A stretch of DNA of 64,000 bases from Takakia lepidozioides (lineage: Eukaryota; Plantae; Bryophyta). How positions within the stretch are numbered: the first letter of the stretch is position 1; the number at the start of each line of letters is the position of its first letter. Shown here piece after piece: positions 13,201 through 24,827 of this stretch. The stretch lies in the NCBI GenBank assembly GCA_030704615.1, contig CM060731.1, forward strand, positions 89,528,001 to 89,592,000, given 5' to 3'. The translations under genes and the position numbers were made by a program. Under the pieces are notes generated by a model that saw only the letters and a program-made list of their open reading frames with translations, had not been told where the DNA came from and made no database searches.

Positions 13201-13599
13201 TCCCTATAGGCCTGGATGGCAGTCAGGGGAGGGCCGGCGTGTGCAGCTCCTTGTGACGTTCATAGGAGGAGTTGCGGTTGCCCAGCGGGGCAAGATGCCG
13301 ACACTAGCAGCATTCACAGCTGCAGTGACTTGGCCTGGAGAGTTGCTAGAGGGCAACGCTTATTCAGAGGATGTGTCACCTCCAGCAGAGCAGGATGACA
13401 TGTATGGTATGGCAGAGTTGTCTGCCATGATTGCTTAGACTCCATTGTGGGGCACGAGCAAGGATTTATAGCAAGTTGCTGATCGACGGGTGCAACAAGC
13501 CTGGGTAGAGGCTTTTGTACCATCAGAAGAGGAGAAGAGTGCGGGGATTGCACGAGGACCACCTCAGTTGTCTCCATTGGACACCACACCTATTGTGTG

Positions 13600-14570
13600 G
13601 CAGTATCCGGATGAAGGCATTTGCCTTCTGGACTTGTTTGGGGGATCAACACTGGATTGGCTGCTGTGCTACAGGCAAGTGTATGAGTTTGGCGTTACTT
13701 GTATGTGGAGAGGGATGAGACTGCACGACGCGTCTCCCTACGCCATGTTGCTCAGTTGGTGCAGTAGTACCCTGAGTTGTTGTTGGTGTCTGCAGTTCGT
13801 GGATATCAGCAGGCCTTACCAGCAGACATTTCGTTGCTGGGGGCGCAAGATTTAGAGCGGGTTGGCTCCATTGATATGGTAGTGGCAGGTTGGCCCTGCC
13901 AAGAGCATTCATCAACCGGGCATGGCAGTGGATTACGAGACTCGAGGTCAGGTCTGTTTTGGGAGATGGTGCGGGTTTTGCGCCACTTGCAGCTTCATCA
14001 AGCTGTATCTCCAGCATACATCTTGGAGAATGTGCCACTGATGGGCAATTCTCGGGCCAGGGTGATGGCCATTGTGCATCAAGTCCGGTCGTGGCTTGGG
14101 TCAACAGTGTTGCTGGATGCAGCTGCAGTGGGGTCACTGGCTCATCGTCCACGGCTATGGTGGACTAACTTGATGCCACCCGCACTGCTCAAGCGTGCAT
14201 TTGATGGGATGCAGTGGCCAGCCCACCTCACAGTGGATAGTATTTTGGACACAGGGAGGCAGTCTCAACGTACGATGACCGTTCGCCTTTGGCAGTGGTC
14301 AACAAGGTGGGTCAACAACGAGTAGCACTACCTACACTGCTCAGCTTTCCTGGATCACATGCTTTTCGGGATAGTGGACCTGGCCTCCTATAGGATGCTC
14401 AGTTGCAGCAGTTAGTGGAGCCTAATGCCGATGAACGCGAGCGGGCTACGGGTTTTTCCACTAGGACCACGGCGGTGCATTCTCTTTCTGAGGCATCACG
14501 CCGTCGGGTGCAAGCAATGGATCTCAATTGCTTGACCTGGATCATTAGCCTGAGTATGGCTGAGGAGCGC
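13600..14570 (+). pseudogene. C5-cytosine DNA methyltransferase domain within the retrotransposon pol (DNMT3/DRM-like motif style)
   Basis: Motifs in canonical order: I GICLLDLFGG, II (RY)LYVE, III ADI, IV IDMVVAGWPCQ (catalytic PC), RSGLFWEMVRVL, VI YILENV, VIII AHRPRLWWTN, IX ERERATGF, X RRRV..AMD. Broken by frameshifts and stops. Confidence 0.9.
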
Positions 14571-15289
14571 AGGTTGCGGACAACTTCTCCCACTACATGT
14601 CCCTTGACAGACTCCCTGCCTATCGAGACGGTACAAGCAGTGAGTGGGGGCAGGTGAGGACCACGGGGTGCAGACATCCATGGCACACGTGGGAGGTGCT
14701 CGAGGTTCAGAGGGAGTTGGCAGCCAAGGCGGCGGTGATGGATGAGGTTGGGGATTCTTCTCGCGTTGAGGAGGTCCTTAAAAATGAGATGATGGGGCAG
14801 GATGAGGCCTTATCATTGACAGAGCAGGAAGTGGGCACTACTTAAGAGGTTGCAGCATAGCAACCACGGGACGCGTCTCCTACCTCTAAGTCTGCTGGAC
14901 TTAAGGTTGCAGTTATGGAGGACAATTGGGAGCTTGATAGTGGACCCAATGTCATCGGAGGAGAGAGACGACGTATATGGCAGTTCCTAATGGCTTACAA
15001 GAATTGTTTTGCCTCTCGTGCTACGGTGGAGGAGCATGAGAGACATGTTTAGGTGGTGCATCGACCGGGTTTGGTCAATCGGGATGCGGATGGATCGAGT
15101 CGCAATCAATGCACGAGCCAGCAGGATGACATTGGAGCTCGGTGGCATGGTGAGACGGACAAGGAGATGGTGCCGGGATGGCACGCATCTGCATTTTTGT
15201 GTATCTTGGCAGCGGGAGGTCAGATTGGACCTACAACAGGGATGACTGTAGACGGAGTGTCTGAGGACCCTGAGGCTAGTGATGAGCCA

Positions 15290-16600
15290 AGTGGTGCCAG
15301 AGATATACATGAGGATTCGGCTGTGTTGGACTACCTCCGTACTGGAAACACGGCAGCCACTGTGACTACCAAAGAGAGGGATCGGATCTTGCAACGAGCC
15401 AAAAAGTTCAAGTGGGAGGGGATATATCACCTGCTTCGAGTGTGGGAGGATGGTCCTATTGTGCCTCACCCAACACAGCGTGCACGGTTAGTGCGGCATG
15501 CCCATGAGGAGTTGGGGCATTTTGGAATGCGATGCACAGAAAGAGGGGCTCCAGTCTTCTTATCTGGTTCAGGCAAATGCCATCACAGTTTACTGCAGGG
15601 GCAGTATTGGTGGCGTGGTATGCATACAGAGGTGCAATAATTCGTGGCTAGGTGCATGGTGTGTGACAGGGTGCATGCTTCATTCAACGCCCCTACACCA
15701 CAGTTGCATCCTTTACCAATCATGGGATTGGGCTACAGGTGGAGTCTTGACTTCGCAGGAGCGTTGCCACTGACTATGCGCCACCACAGATATGTGTTGG
15801 TGATGGTGGAGCACTTCTCCAAGTGGATTGAGTTGGTTCCATTGCCTGACAAGGCTAGTGAAGGGGCTGCGTATGCATTTTTGGATCGTGTGCTTAGCCG
15901 ATTCGGTGCTCCAGCTGAGGTACTCACAGACCAAGGGAGAGAGTTCTTGGGGGAGTTTTTAGGCTTTGTGTGATAAAGCCTTGATAGACCACCGCACCAC
16001 TTCTCGGGATCATCCTGAGGCCGATGGCTTGGCAGAGAGAGTTGTTCAGACAGTGAAGAGGGATTTGCGCAACTATGGCTTGCAGAAGGGACACCTAGGA
16101 GATTGGGATCTTCAGGTACCTTGGTTAGCCATGGGCTACCGGTTCAGCAAGCAAACATCACTTGCCTCCTTCTCACTATATTTTCTTCTCTTTGGCCGAA
16201 AGCCGGATTTGCCTGCAGCCATTCGTAGGGACACTGCTCAAGTCCTTAACCTTGACGATCCAAACGTGTGGGTACGTGCATGTGATCAGCGTGCAGAGTT
16301 GTTCAAGAAAGTCATGCCCATGGCTTTTGAGAACCTTGCCATTGCACATCACCGTGATACATTGAGGTATGCCACTATACGTGGTGGAGGATATCGTCCT
16401 GGGGTTCGGAGGTTTAGCCCTGGTGACTATGTTTATTTACAGCAGACTGCGCCTACGACCTTGGATGTGACTGCATGACGTGTTATTCTGAGGGTTCGAG
16501 AGGTTTGTCCTCATGAGTCCTGATCTTGGAGGGTCGGGATGGCATGACCTGGAAGGACCATGTGCGTAATTGTGCGCCATGTCACCTTCCCAATGTCGAG
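15290..16600 (+). pseudogene. Gypsy integrase (HHCC, DDE core, GPY/F-like C-terminus)
   Basis: HEELGHFG..YWWRGM..CMVCDR, WSLDFAG..VLVMVEHFSKW, VLTDQGREF, HPEADGLAERVVQTVK, FSPGDYVYL. Confidence 0.92.
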
Positions 16601-16639
16601 GGCAGAGTTGACCCAAACTTGGCAGTGGTACCTGCAGGT

Positions 16640-16789
16640 TTGAGGTGCATGCTCTGTGGGTTTGCCAAAGGGGCAACCACTATGCTGGTGTGTGATCGAT
16701 GCTCAAGAGATTGGCACATGGGATGCTTGACACCACCTCTTGAGAAGGTTCCTGATGGATATTGGTTGTGTCCACACTACTTGGGATAG
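16640..16789 (+). pseudogene. PHD finger at the integrase C-terminus
   Basis: CMLCGFAKGATTMLVCDRCSRDWHMGCLTPPLEKVPDGYWLCPHY is the C4HC3 pattern. The last Cys is lost here but intact in copy 2 (WLCPRC). Confidence 0.9.
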
Positions 16790-17055
16790 TGACAATGGAC
16801 ATGACTAGAGGCAGCTAACAAGACATGGGAGGCCAAGCTCATATGAGTCAATATACGAGATCCCAGGCTCAAGTTCACAGGTTGCAAGACGGCGACTAAC
16901 GATGGGGCAACTCTTGCACCCAGCCTCTTTATCTATCGAGTTTGAGTGTGGTAGAGACAGTGGTGGAGGACTTAGTGAGGCTATGGTCACTATCACATCT
17001 TGTGGCTACCTGGACTTAGAGGGACCTAAGCACCAGCTAGGGGGGCGATTGTGGT

Positions 17056-17700
17056 GGACTAGTGACTGCCATAGTGGGCAACACAGTGGCAGCCTAGTGG
17101 TTGGACTAGTGGCTGGACTAGTGGTATACTAGTGTGTGGTGTGCACATGTGTTGTGTGGTTTTGGACAGCGATGTAGTTGATATGTATGTGCACGACAGC
17201 TGTCAAGTTATTTTACCACTAGTGTGGAACTAGCTAGGAAATAGCTAGCTTTTACATATTGATATTTGGGATTGGCCCAAGTGTCAATCCAGGGATCAAG
17301 GCAGATTTAGGCCCTGGAGTGGTTATCTTCACGGCAAGTGCGAGAGGCTCATCTTTCTCGAGTTGAGCCTCACCGCGCCTAGCTATGGCACCGTAGTGTG
17401 GATTCCCCATGGCGTGGGGTGCACTTGGCTTGACTTGTATTTGAGTGATGAGTTTATGTATGCATGAGTTTATGCTTCAGCTTTGTGAGCTCGCATGAGC
17501 TTGTGCTTGTATTCTTCTTCTTTATCATTGTGGTAGACTAGTGACTGCCATAGTGGGCAGCACAGTGGCAGCCTAGTGATTGATTAGTGGCAGCCTAGTG
17601 GTTGGACTAGTGGCTGGACTAGTGGTATACTAGTGTGTGGTGTGCACATGTGTTGTGTGGTTTTGGACAACGATGTAGTTGTGTAGCGATATGTATGCGC
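17056..17700 (+). repeat. Direct repeat of about 130-160 bp in the 3' non-coding part of the retroelement
   Basis: GACTAGTGACTGCCATAGTGGGCA..CTAGTGGTATACTAGTGTGTGG..GATGTAGTTG at about 17057-17180 and 17536-17681. Confidence 0.8.
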
Positions 17701-17714
17701 ACGACACATACTTG

Positions 17715-17867
17715 GATATATAGGGGATTGCACTTGGACTTAGATGACCTTGGACACTTGGGCCAACAACATAGCTAGGCTACCCTAGTCAATACTAGGG
17801 TAGCCTATGCCGTCGGCCCATTTGGGAAGAATTGAAATCTAAAACCAAGTGCAATCCCCTATGTATC
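17715..17867. repeat. Small foldback/MITE-like element
   Basis: Outer inverted repeat GATATATAGGGGATTGCACTTGG / CCAAGTGCAATCCCCTATGTATC. Inner hairpin TAGGCTACCCTAGT-CAAT-ACTAGGGTAGCCTA. Confidence 0.65.
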
Positions 17868-19534
17868 ACAGTGCGTCTCCTATGTCTAGGCCCATGTGTG
17901 AAGAATTGAAATCAATATACTAAAATGAAGTTGGATGGAAAAAACAATTGAAATTACAAATCTCCCACATGAAGGGCCAATCATGGCTCCAGGAAAGCCC
18001 ACTCTGCTATTTTTCACGAATTTCCAGCGACATTGCCCTACGGCCTTTCACGTGCTTTCTCTTTCTCAATGAACCTGTAGCTTTTAGGGAACTCCAAAAC
18101 GCATGGTGGGTGCGGTACTTTGTTGGGATGTTGGGCTCGTTGGTGCCGCGTTGATGACTATTGTTACAAGAGAGTGGGTTGTCATTGCTTTCTTTATGTT
18201 TGATATTTTTTGGGTTAGGTTTCTTTTTCTTTTTTTGATTGAGGGAGGGCTGCCGGACGGGTTGTTGTGCTTGGGGTTGTGATTTGGCTGCTTGTGTGGG
18301 GGGGATGAGAGCTGTTTGCATTATGGGCAGATTAGGGGGTTCAAACCTCCCTTAGTTCTTGTAATTCGATGTAGAGATAAGTGAACGATGAAGACATACA
18401 TTGCCGCGGGGAAGGTAGTTGGGTTGTGACGGTTGATGTCTACAAAAGGGGGGACTTAGGCGGGTGCACCTTCATGGGGCGATTGTATTTTGCGGTCGGC
18501 TCCCTCTAGTTCCACTATTTTGAATGACGTGGCCTTGCAACATTTGGCCGGAAAATATGCCATGTCCGACAGTAATTCGCCTGACTTGACAAGGATGCAG
18601 ATTTCATTAAACATATGATCTCTCCCTCCCAATTTTTAGAATCAGTTTTGGTGTTCACTATCCAACATGATCAACTCCTACATGACACACAATAACCGTT
18701 GGAATTGGAATTCCATTTCAAATTCGTAGTCCTCATGGGGTGCTTGAAGACATAGTGGCTACGAAGGCCAATTTATCCCCCACATTTCACATACAAAACA
18801 ACCCGTAGTTTTTTTTCGAATTTTTGGTCTCAGTTTTTGAGGTAACACTTTGTATGTGCCACAGGCTCCAAAGATGGTGCCCATTTTTGAGGGAAAAATC
18901 AACCCGCTATAACAAATATGTGGTCAAACTAAAATTTCCCCTCCTTTTGTGGAGTGAACTTGAAAAACTCATTTTTTTTTTGTTTTAATCTGTCAATTAC
19001 AACAGTGCCCGAATTTGCTGTTATTTTGCATGTGGATGTGCTAGTTACATAGACATTTGTATGGCTCAATTTTGTGGATGATTGTGGGTAAGAAGTTACA
19101 CCCTCATCCATGAGGGTATGTATAGCATTGGGAGTGGCCCACCAAAACTTAGTTGGTCCTTTAAGGGTGAATGCGGAGGTTTGCTCCCACATTGGCTTCT
19201 AGATTGAAAACATGTTTCCACATATACGTAAAGAATTGGGGCTGATTTCTCTTCGTTAATATCGTTTCATTATACATCGTAATAGCGTACGAGGGCAATA
19301 CAATAAAAATAATGCACAGTGCCGATTACACTATGTGTAACGCACACCTCCGACATTTCCTCATCTTTTACCTCCAAGATCTTTCCTTCACTACTCCCAA
19401 TTTTTTCTATCATCAAAAGACAAAATGAAAGGAAAAGAAATCATCCCATTTGTTTACATAGAGGAAGACCCTCATGTCGGGCGCGCTAGAATTTTATGCC
19501 CTAGGGCCTTGGGCTACCCCCCCTCGTCCTGACG

Positions 19535-19706
19535 TGAGTGGTTTGAACCACTGTCCTTAACCACCATTGCCACGTAATGTCTTTTACCACTCACTTGTCC
19601 TAATGCACTGGTTCTTCATTCACTCTGAGGCCGGAGTGGTTTAGTGTCTTTTACCACTCAAAATGAGTGGTTAACAGAGTGGTTATTCCGCGGTTTTCTT
19701 CTAGTG
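19535..19706. mobile_element. Isolated CACTA-type terminus with subterminal ACCACT/AGTGGT repeats
   Basis: Ends in CCGCGGTTTTCTTCTAGTG (reverse complement CACTAGAAGAAAACCGCGG), with many ACCACT repeats in both orientations. The partner end was not found. Confidence 0.5.
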
Positions 19707-20672
19707 TTCGATATCTCCCACACCGCGGGTCCAAAAATCATGAGACCAAGCCGGTGCACCCTCCTCATCGACGGCTTTCCACCGGCACCAAGCACCCGGG
19801 CTGGGCCTGCAGTTTGGGAGAGCTCGACGACGTTACAAACCAAAACAAAACGCTTCATATATTGATTGAAAAGGAATCAGGAAAATATAACCATGACAAG
19901 AGCCATGACAGATTTGCAACTTTATGATTGGGTAGAATTCAGACCCAACCACAGGGGGCAAGTTTTAAGCAAGACAATAGGTTCATTGATCAAATCTCAA
20001 CAAACTAAAAACCTTGTATGTGCATGCAACAAAAAACTAAGTCAAAAACCTAGACAAAGCTTGTTCTTCATCTTTTCTTATACGGCTCAATGATGAAGAG
20101 AACAAAGATTTCAAACTAAAAGACAACAATGTTTATCTTCAAAGACACCCAAGTTGTTGCCCATTGGTAATGGGCACACACCACCTGAGAAGTGGTTGTG
20201 GGTTCAATCCACTGATTGGTGTCAGAAAGGTGTCCACTTCCCATGGGAAGGGCTCAAGAGACACCATCATTTACTCTTCCTTCGGTAGGCGTCCTATACT
20301 ACTATTTTAACTTCAAGAAGAACTAAAAAGATGAGAGCCATGGCCACACCTGGGATTGTCAGTTGTGGACCACAGTTTTTCACTTTGGGGGCCCTCCGTG
20401 AAAGTCTTCCTCAACAAGCGTTCTCCGAGGGCAGGTGGATAGGGTGCGTGGATTTGAGCCCCGGACCTGCCGCCTGCTTCCCTAGAAAAACCCTGGCGCC
20501 CGTTTTGGACGATGTGTCTTTTTGCTTAAAGAGCCCAAGCCATTCCTGGACCCTAGAATGCTGACCTGACTCCGGTTCGAACCCAACCTGCCTAAAACCC
20601 ACAAACCCCGTCCCCACACAGCTATAACACACGGAGGAGGAGAGGCTGCGGAGAGAGAGAGAGGGAGTGTCG

Positions 20673-23146
20673 ATGGCGGTGGGCGTGCTGTCCCTGCAGG
20701 GCTCCTTCCGAGAGCACATTGCATGTGGGTTTCCCTTCCCTTCCCTTCGCACCTGTCTTTTGCTTGCTACTGGGTGTGTGGCTGCCTGTGTTGTGCGTGT
20801 ACGTGTGCTGTCCGTGTCGTAGCGTGTAATTGCGCTGGATGTTCTAAAGAATTCAACACCAGAGTGTCGAATTTCGAACGGTGTTCTCACGTGCATTTCG
20901 AAGACTGGGTTGGCAACCGTTGAATTCTGTCTCTTGTAATTGCACTATTATGTAAGTTGAGAATTGCACTTTAATTACCACAATTGTTCGGTAGACAGAC
21001 ATAAGAAGCTCGTGAGCATGGGGATGGTCTAACTTCAATACATGACGAAGACACAAAATTGTTGCGTTAGGGGAGAGCTGTAACCAGCAAAGGTAGGCCA
21101 CCAGATGGAACTAGAAACCGTGTAATTTGGTGAGTTGGTTTTGAGTATTTCGTCATGCGATTGCGATCAGGTTTAAGGAAGCTAGGTGTGGAAGCCGTGG
21201 AGGTGAGGAAACCAGAGCAGTTGGTGGGACTGTCGGGCCTCATCATACCTGGTGGAGAGAGCACCACCATGGCCAAGCTCGCTGAGGAGTACCACCTTGT
21301 CAGTAGATGCACCCCTCCCTGTTTTTTAATTGTTCATGTTCGTCTCTACGTCTATATCGTCCTCCTTCCATTTTTCTCTTTTTCCTTCACAAAATGTCTC
21401 CTCCGGTTGAAGCAGGTGGATCCATACAGTTTTCTTGATCTAGAGCACTTCAGCTTTTGTCTAATCTCCATAGCATGTGGGTGTGTTTTCTTGTATTTTA
21501 GGTTTTGGTTCATCACGTGCTTTATTCAAGTGGATCAGTTACTATTGGTACATAGTGCATAAGCCTTCAAATCTGGATAGAGAAACTGATTCTATGATGG
21601 ATGAGTTGCAGTTTCCAGCGTTGAGAGAGTTTGGGGTCTCAGGAAAACCGCTGTGGGGAACATGTGCAGGGCTCATCTTCCTGGCCGATAATGCTGTTGG
21701 TGAGTGTTAGAGTTATTGGCTAGGGGACATGTTCTCCTACTTATTACAAGATCTATGTAGGATCTCTTAGGTTGTTTGTCTTTGATGCAATCACCTGAGG
21801 TGTGCAAAAGCAATTGAACTTCATATAGGGAGAGAATTGTGACTTAGAGACCTCTGGAGGATGACCCTTGAGGTTTGTATGGCCTGCGCAGGGCAGAAGG
21901 AGGGCGGGCAGAAGCTTCTTGGTGGTCTAGACTGTACTGTGCACCGCAACTTCTTTGGTAGCCAGGTATCCAGTCTCTCTCTTCTGTCTTCTTCTTGCAG
22001 CCCTTGTTCTTAATTTTTGGAAGTTTCTAGTTGCCAGATATTGCCGCTGTTGGAGGTTTTAACTCTTATGAAAAAGCTCCAATTCTTAGATATTTGTTAG
22101 GCTTTAGGGGACCTCTTGGAGGGACTAGAACTCTAGTTACACACATGGAGGGTATTTCTGGGTATCTGTAGTGGGTGGAAGGATGAAGAGATGGGAGGGG
22201 GCATTGCTAATGGACCAGTGGGTGTGGACCAGTTGAACAGCTTTGAAACCGAGCTTCCTGTGCCAGCACTGGTGGCAGCAGAAGGAGGTCCTCCAAGTTT
22301 TCGGGCAGTGTTTATCCGAGCACCGGCCATCATAGACGCCGGTCCTTCTGTGGAAGTGCTGGCTGATTACAGTGTGCCAACAGTCAGTCCCCAACCAGCT
22401 CCATCTTCTGCATCTGAGCAGGTCCACACAGATTCTCTCAGCCATACTGCATTGGCATTATTTTTTGCACACAGAAGAACCTACCAGTGAGGGCACTGCA
22501 ACCAGGAAAGAGATGTCCCTGCAATTGATACTGGGATTGGCCACTACTGTTTGATTTTTGTAGGCCACACTATGTTGGAGAAATAGTTTGCTTACCAGAG
22601 TGTCAGGGTTGTACGTATGCAGACCGAAGACAAAGAAGTGCAGAAAGTGATAGTGGCAGTAAAGCAGAACAATTTATTGGCGACAGCATTTCATCCAGAG
22701 CTTACCTCTGACATGCGGTGGTAGGTTTTACACCTTCCTTTGTTTGTGTATGTGGGTCAATCTAGCAGATGGTAGCCTGTGTAATTTTTCAGAGATGTGC
22801 GCTGGGACATGTGGCACATCTTCACCAAGTATGGCCCAACTCTTGAGTTTGATGATTTGAGCAGCATTGCACAAAGTTCGAGAGTCAATGCTATTGTTGA
22901 TTCCTTTTATTACCTACATGAAATTCTCCCATTGAAAGCTGTTGCCATCTCCTTTGTCTCTTAGTTGGATTTGTTTCTTGCAGGCACAGTTACTTTCTAA
23001 AAATGGTGAACGAGGGGAAGGCTGAAACTTCCATAACAAAGCAGAAGGACTTAGTGGTGATGGCTGGGCTGGCTAGGGCATCATCTCAAGGTAGGGACCT
23101 CCCTGTCTTTAAAGAGACAAAGTACTTGAGCTTTGAGCTACAATAG
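20673..23146 (+). CDS. PDX2: Pyridoxal 5'-phosphate synthase glutaminase subunit PDX2 (7 exons: 20673-20724, 21171-21298, 21612-21699, 21892-21965, 22233-22421, 22623-22720, 22984-23146)
   Basis: [37 protein letters not shown] (catalytic Cys), [20 protein letters not shown] (His/Glu). All introns are GT-AG and the frame stays open. Confidence 0.96.
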
Positions 23147-23563
23147 TAAATCCTTGTCTCTGTACAATGACATTCTTTAGCTGGTGTTAACATTCTTTCT
23201 CATTAAGACAATTCATTGAAGAACATTCTCAGTGATGAGATTGTCTTCATAATTCTGGTGTCAATGCCTTCAGCCTGTATGGAGGCCTCTTACAAAAGTT
23301 GAAACTTCCAGTTTTACTTTGTTAGTGTTACGCAGCTTGTTACCCTACATTCTCTGTGGGACTAGAGCTCTGAACATGGCTGCCACTGTCCCAGTTCTTA
23401 CAATGGATCACTTGGTTTGCCACAATCTCCTCTTGGAAAGCTCCTCTCACCTTTGGTCTGGCTTGCTGATTGAAAAGAGAGACATGTACTACCAGGGCAA
23501 CATCAAGGTCTTCACTATTCTGTTGGTTTGAAAGCTAATCCAAATGCAAGCTCCATTGTTTAA

Positions 23564-24025
23564 CCCCTAAACGCCCGCAGGCCTCCGTTGACTTTTTACC
23601 AAAAACGGCCCGGCCAGAAAAACTAGCGTAATTTCTGAAAAAAAATGAATCTTGAAAAAGTGACCGGACAATATGAAGCCACCTACCCCAGGCAGGTCCT
23701 GCCCAATTTTGGAGCCATTCAGACAACTAGTGCAAAAACCCCATCTAGTGCAAAAACCCCATCGTTGCAAGTGGGGTCCATTTTTGGAAATTTGTGCAGC
23801 CAAAAAAACCAAAATGGAGATTTGTGGTCGGGAAAAAAATCGGCCACCTGTACCCGAAAACGTGGTGGCCGTCCAGCACGATTTAGCAAATCGATCTCGC
23901 ATGGACCATCCTAATGCAAACACGCAGTGCACCCACCAAAAAAAACAAGAAAAGGCCAAAATCTGCTCCTGGCAGAACTATTGGTGTAAAATAAACGACC
24001 AATTTTGGGCCGGGGCATTTAGGGG
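23564..24025. mobile_element. piggyBac-like MITE (462 bp)
   Basis: TTAA on both sides (23560-23563 and 24026-24029). 13-bp TIR CCCCTAAACGCCC / GGGCATTTAGGGG with 1 mismatch. Non-coding interior. Confidence 0.75.
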
Positions 24026-24827
24026 TTAATGTTTCCACACTAAAGACCCCTCTGTACTCAACATAACAATGTGTATGATGCATGGCTGATAGGATTTCAT
24101 GAGCAGCCTGGTTGTCCCTGACCGGGAATTACATTTGGCACGGATTAACAATTGACTCAGTAATTGATGCATAGTTTTACCTTCTTACTTCGGACTGGCT
24201 ATCGGGGCCAAACTACTCTTGTAATTTTATGAATGAGAATGTCAGGATATGAACAATGTGACCTTCCGGGCTGATTTCATAACACAAAATCCAGAGGCAA
24301 GCCAAGAACTAAAAACATTAGGGCATTATGCAAATCTCAGACAACCTCCCAGTTCTGCAGCACTCACCCTCAGTAAATGCAACCCTCAATAAGCAAGATC
24401 AGTTCATTTAACCTCCAGAATTTACAGAGCCTCTAATCTTATGAACCAATGGATGGTTGAAGAAATACACCCAGAGCACAAACACCCCAGCACCAAGCAG
24501 GCACTCAAGTGGAAGCATTCAAGCAAACATAAATTGCGGAGCAAGTCGGCCAGTGTACAAACCTGTGTGACAGGATAGTTTGAACAAACATGTAAGCCAA
24601 ATAACCCTAATTTCCCTTAAAATAACTCTCAAAGAATGCTGCACATCATGGCCAAATACTGCACTACAGATCTCAGCAATTTACTGTAATCTCGCATAAT
24701 AATCTGTGGGATTATTTAAGGCACGATAATACCACCAAAAAGTTCTCAACTGTCAGATAAAATGGACTGCTTTAACTATTGAAAATGGAGACACCTCATG
24801 ATGCTCTCTTCCCCTCCTGACGCATAT

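Larger units (their letters stand above)
8861..17700 (+). mobile_element. Degenerate Ty3/Gypsy LTR retrotransposon carrying DNA methyltransferase and PHD finger (copy 1; outer boundaries approximate)
   Basis: Colinear gag, protease, C5-MTase, RT/RNaseH remnants, integrase and PHD. Integrase after RT/RH is the Gypsy order. Paired LTRs were not identified. Confidence 0.8.

Noticed and set aside
13600-14570. Methyltransferase as a bacterial restriction-modification gene or contamination
   Set aside because: It is colinear with gag, protease and integrase, shows the same decay, and is contiguous with intron-containing plant genes.
17948-19300. Short ORFs between the retroelement and PDX2
   Set aside because: No motifs or splice-consistent gene model; probably decayed repeats.
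20155-20215. tRNA-like A/B box sequence (also at about 2730-2782)
   Set aside because: No cloverleaf can be folded; at best decayed SINE heads.
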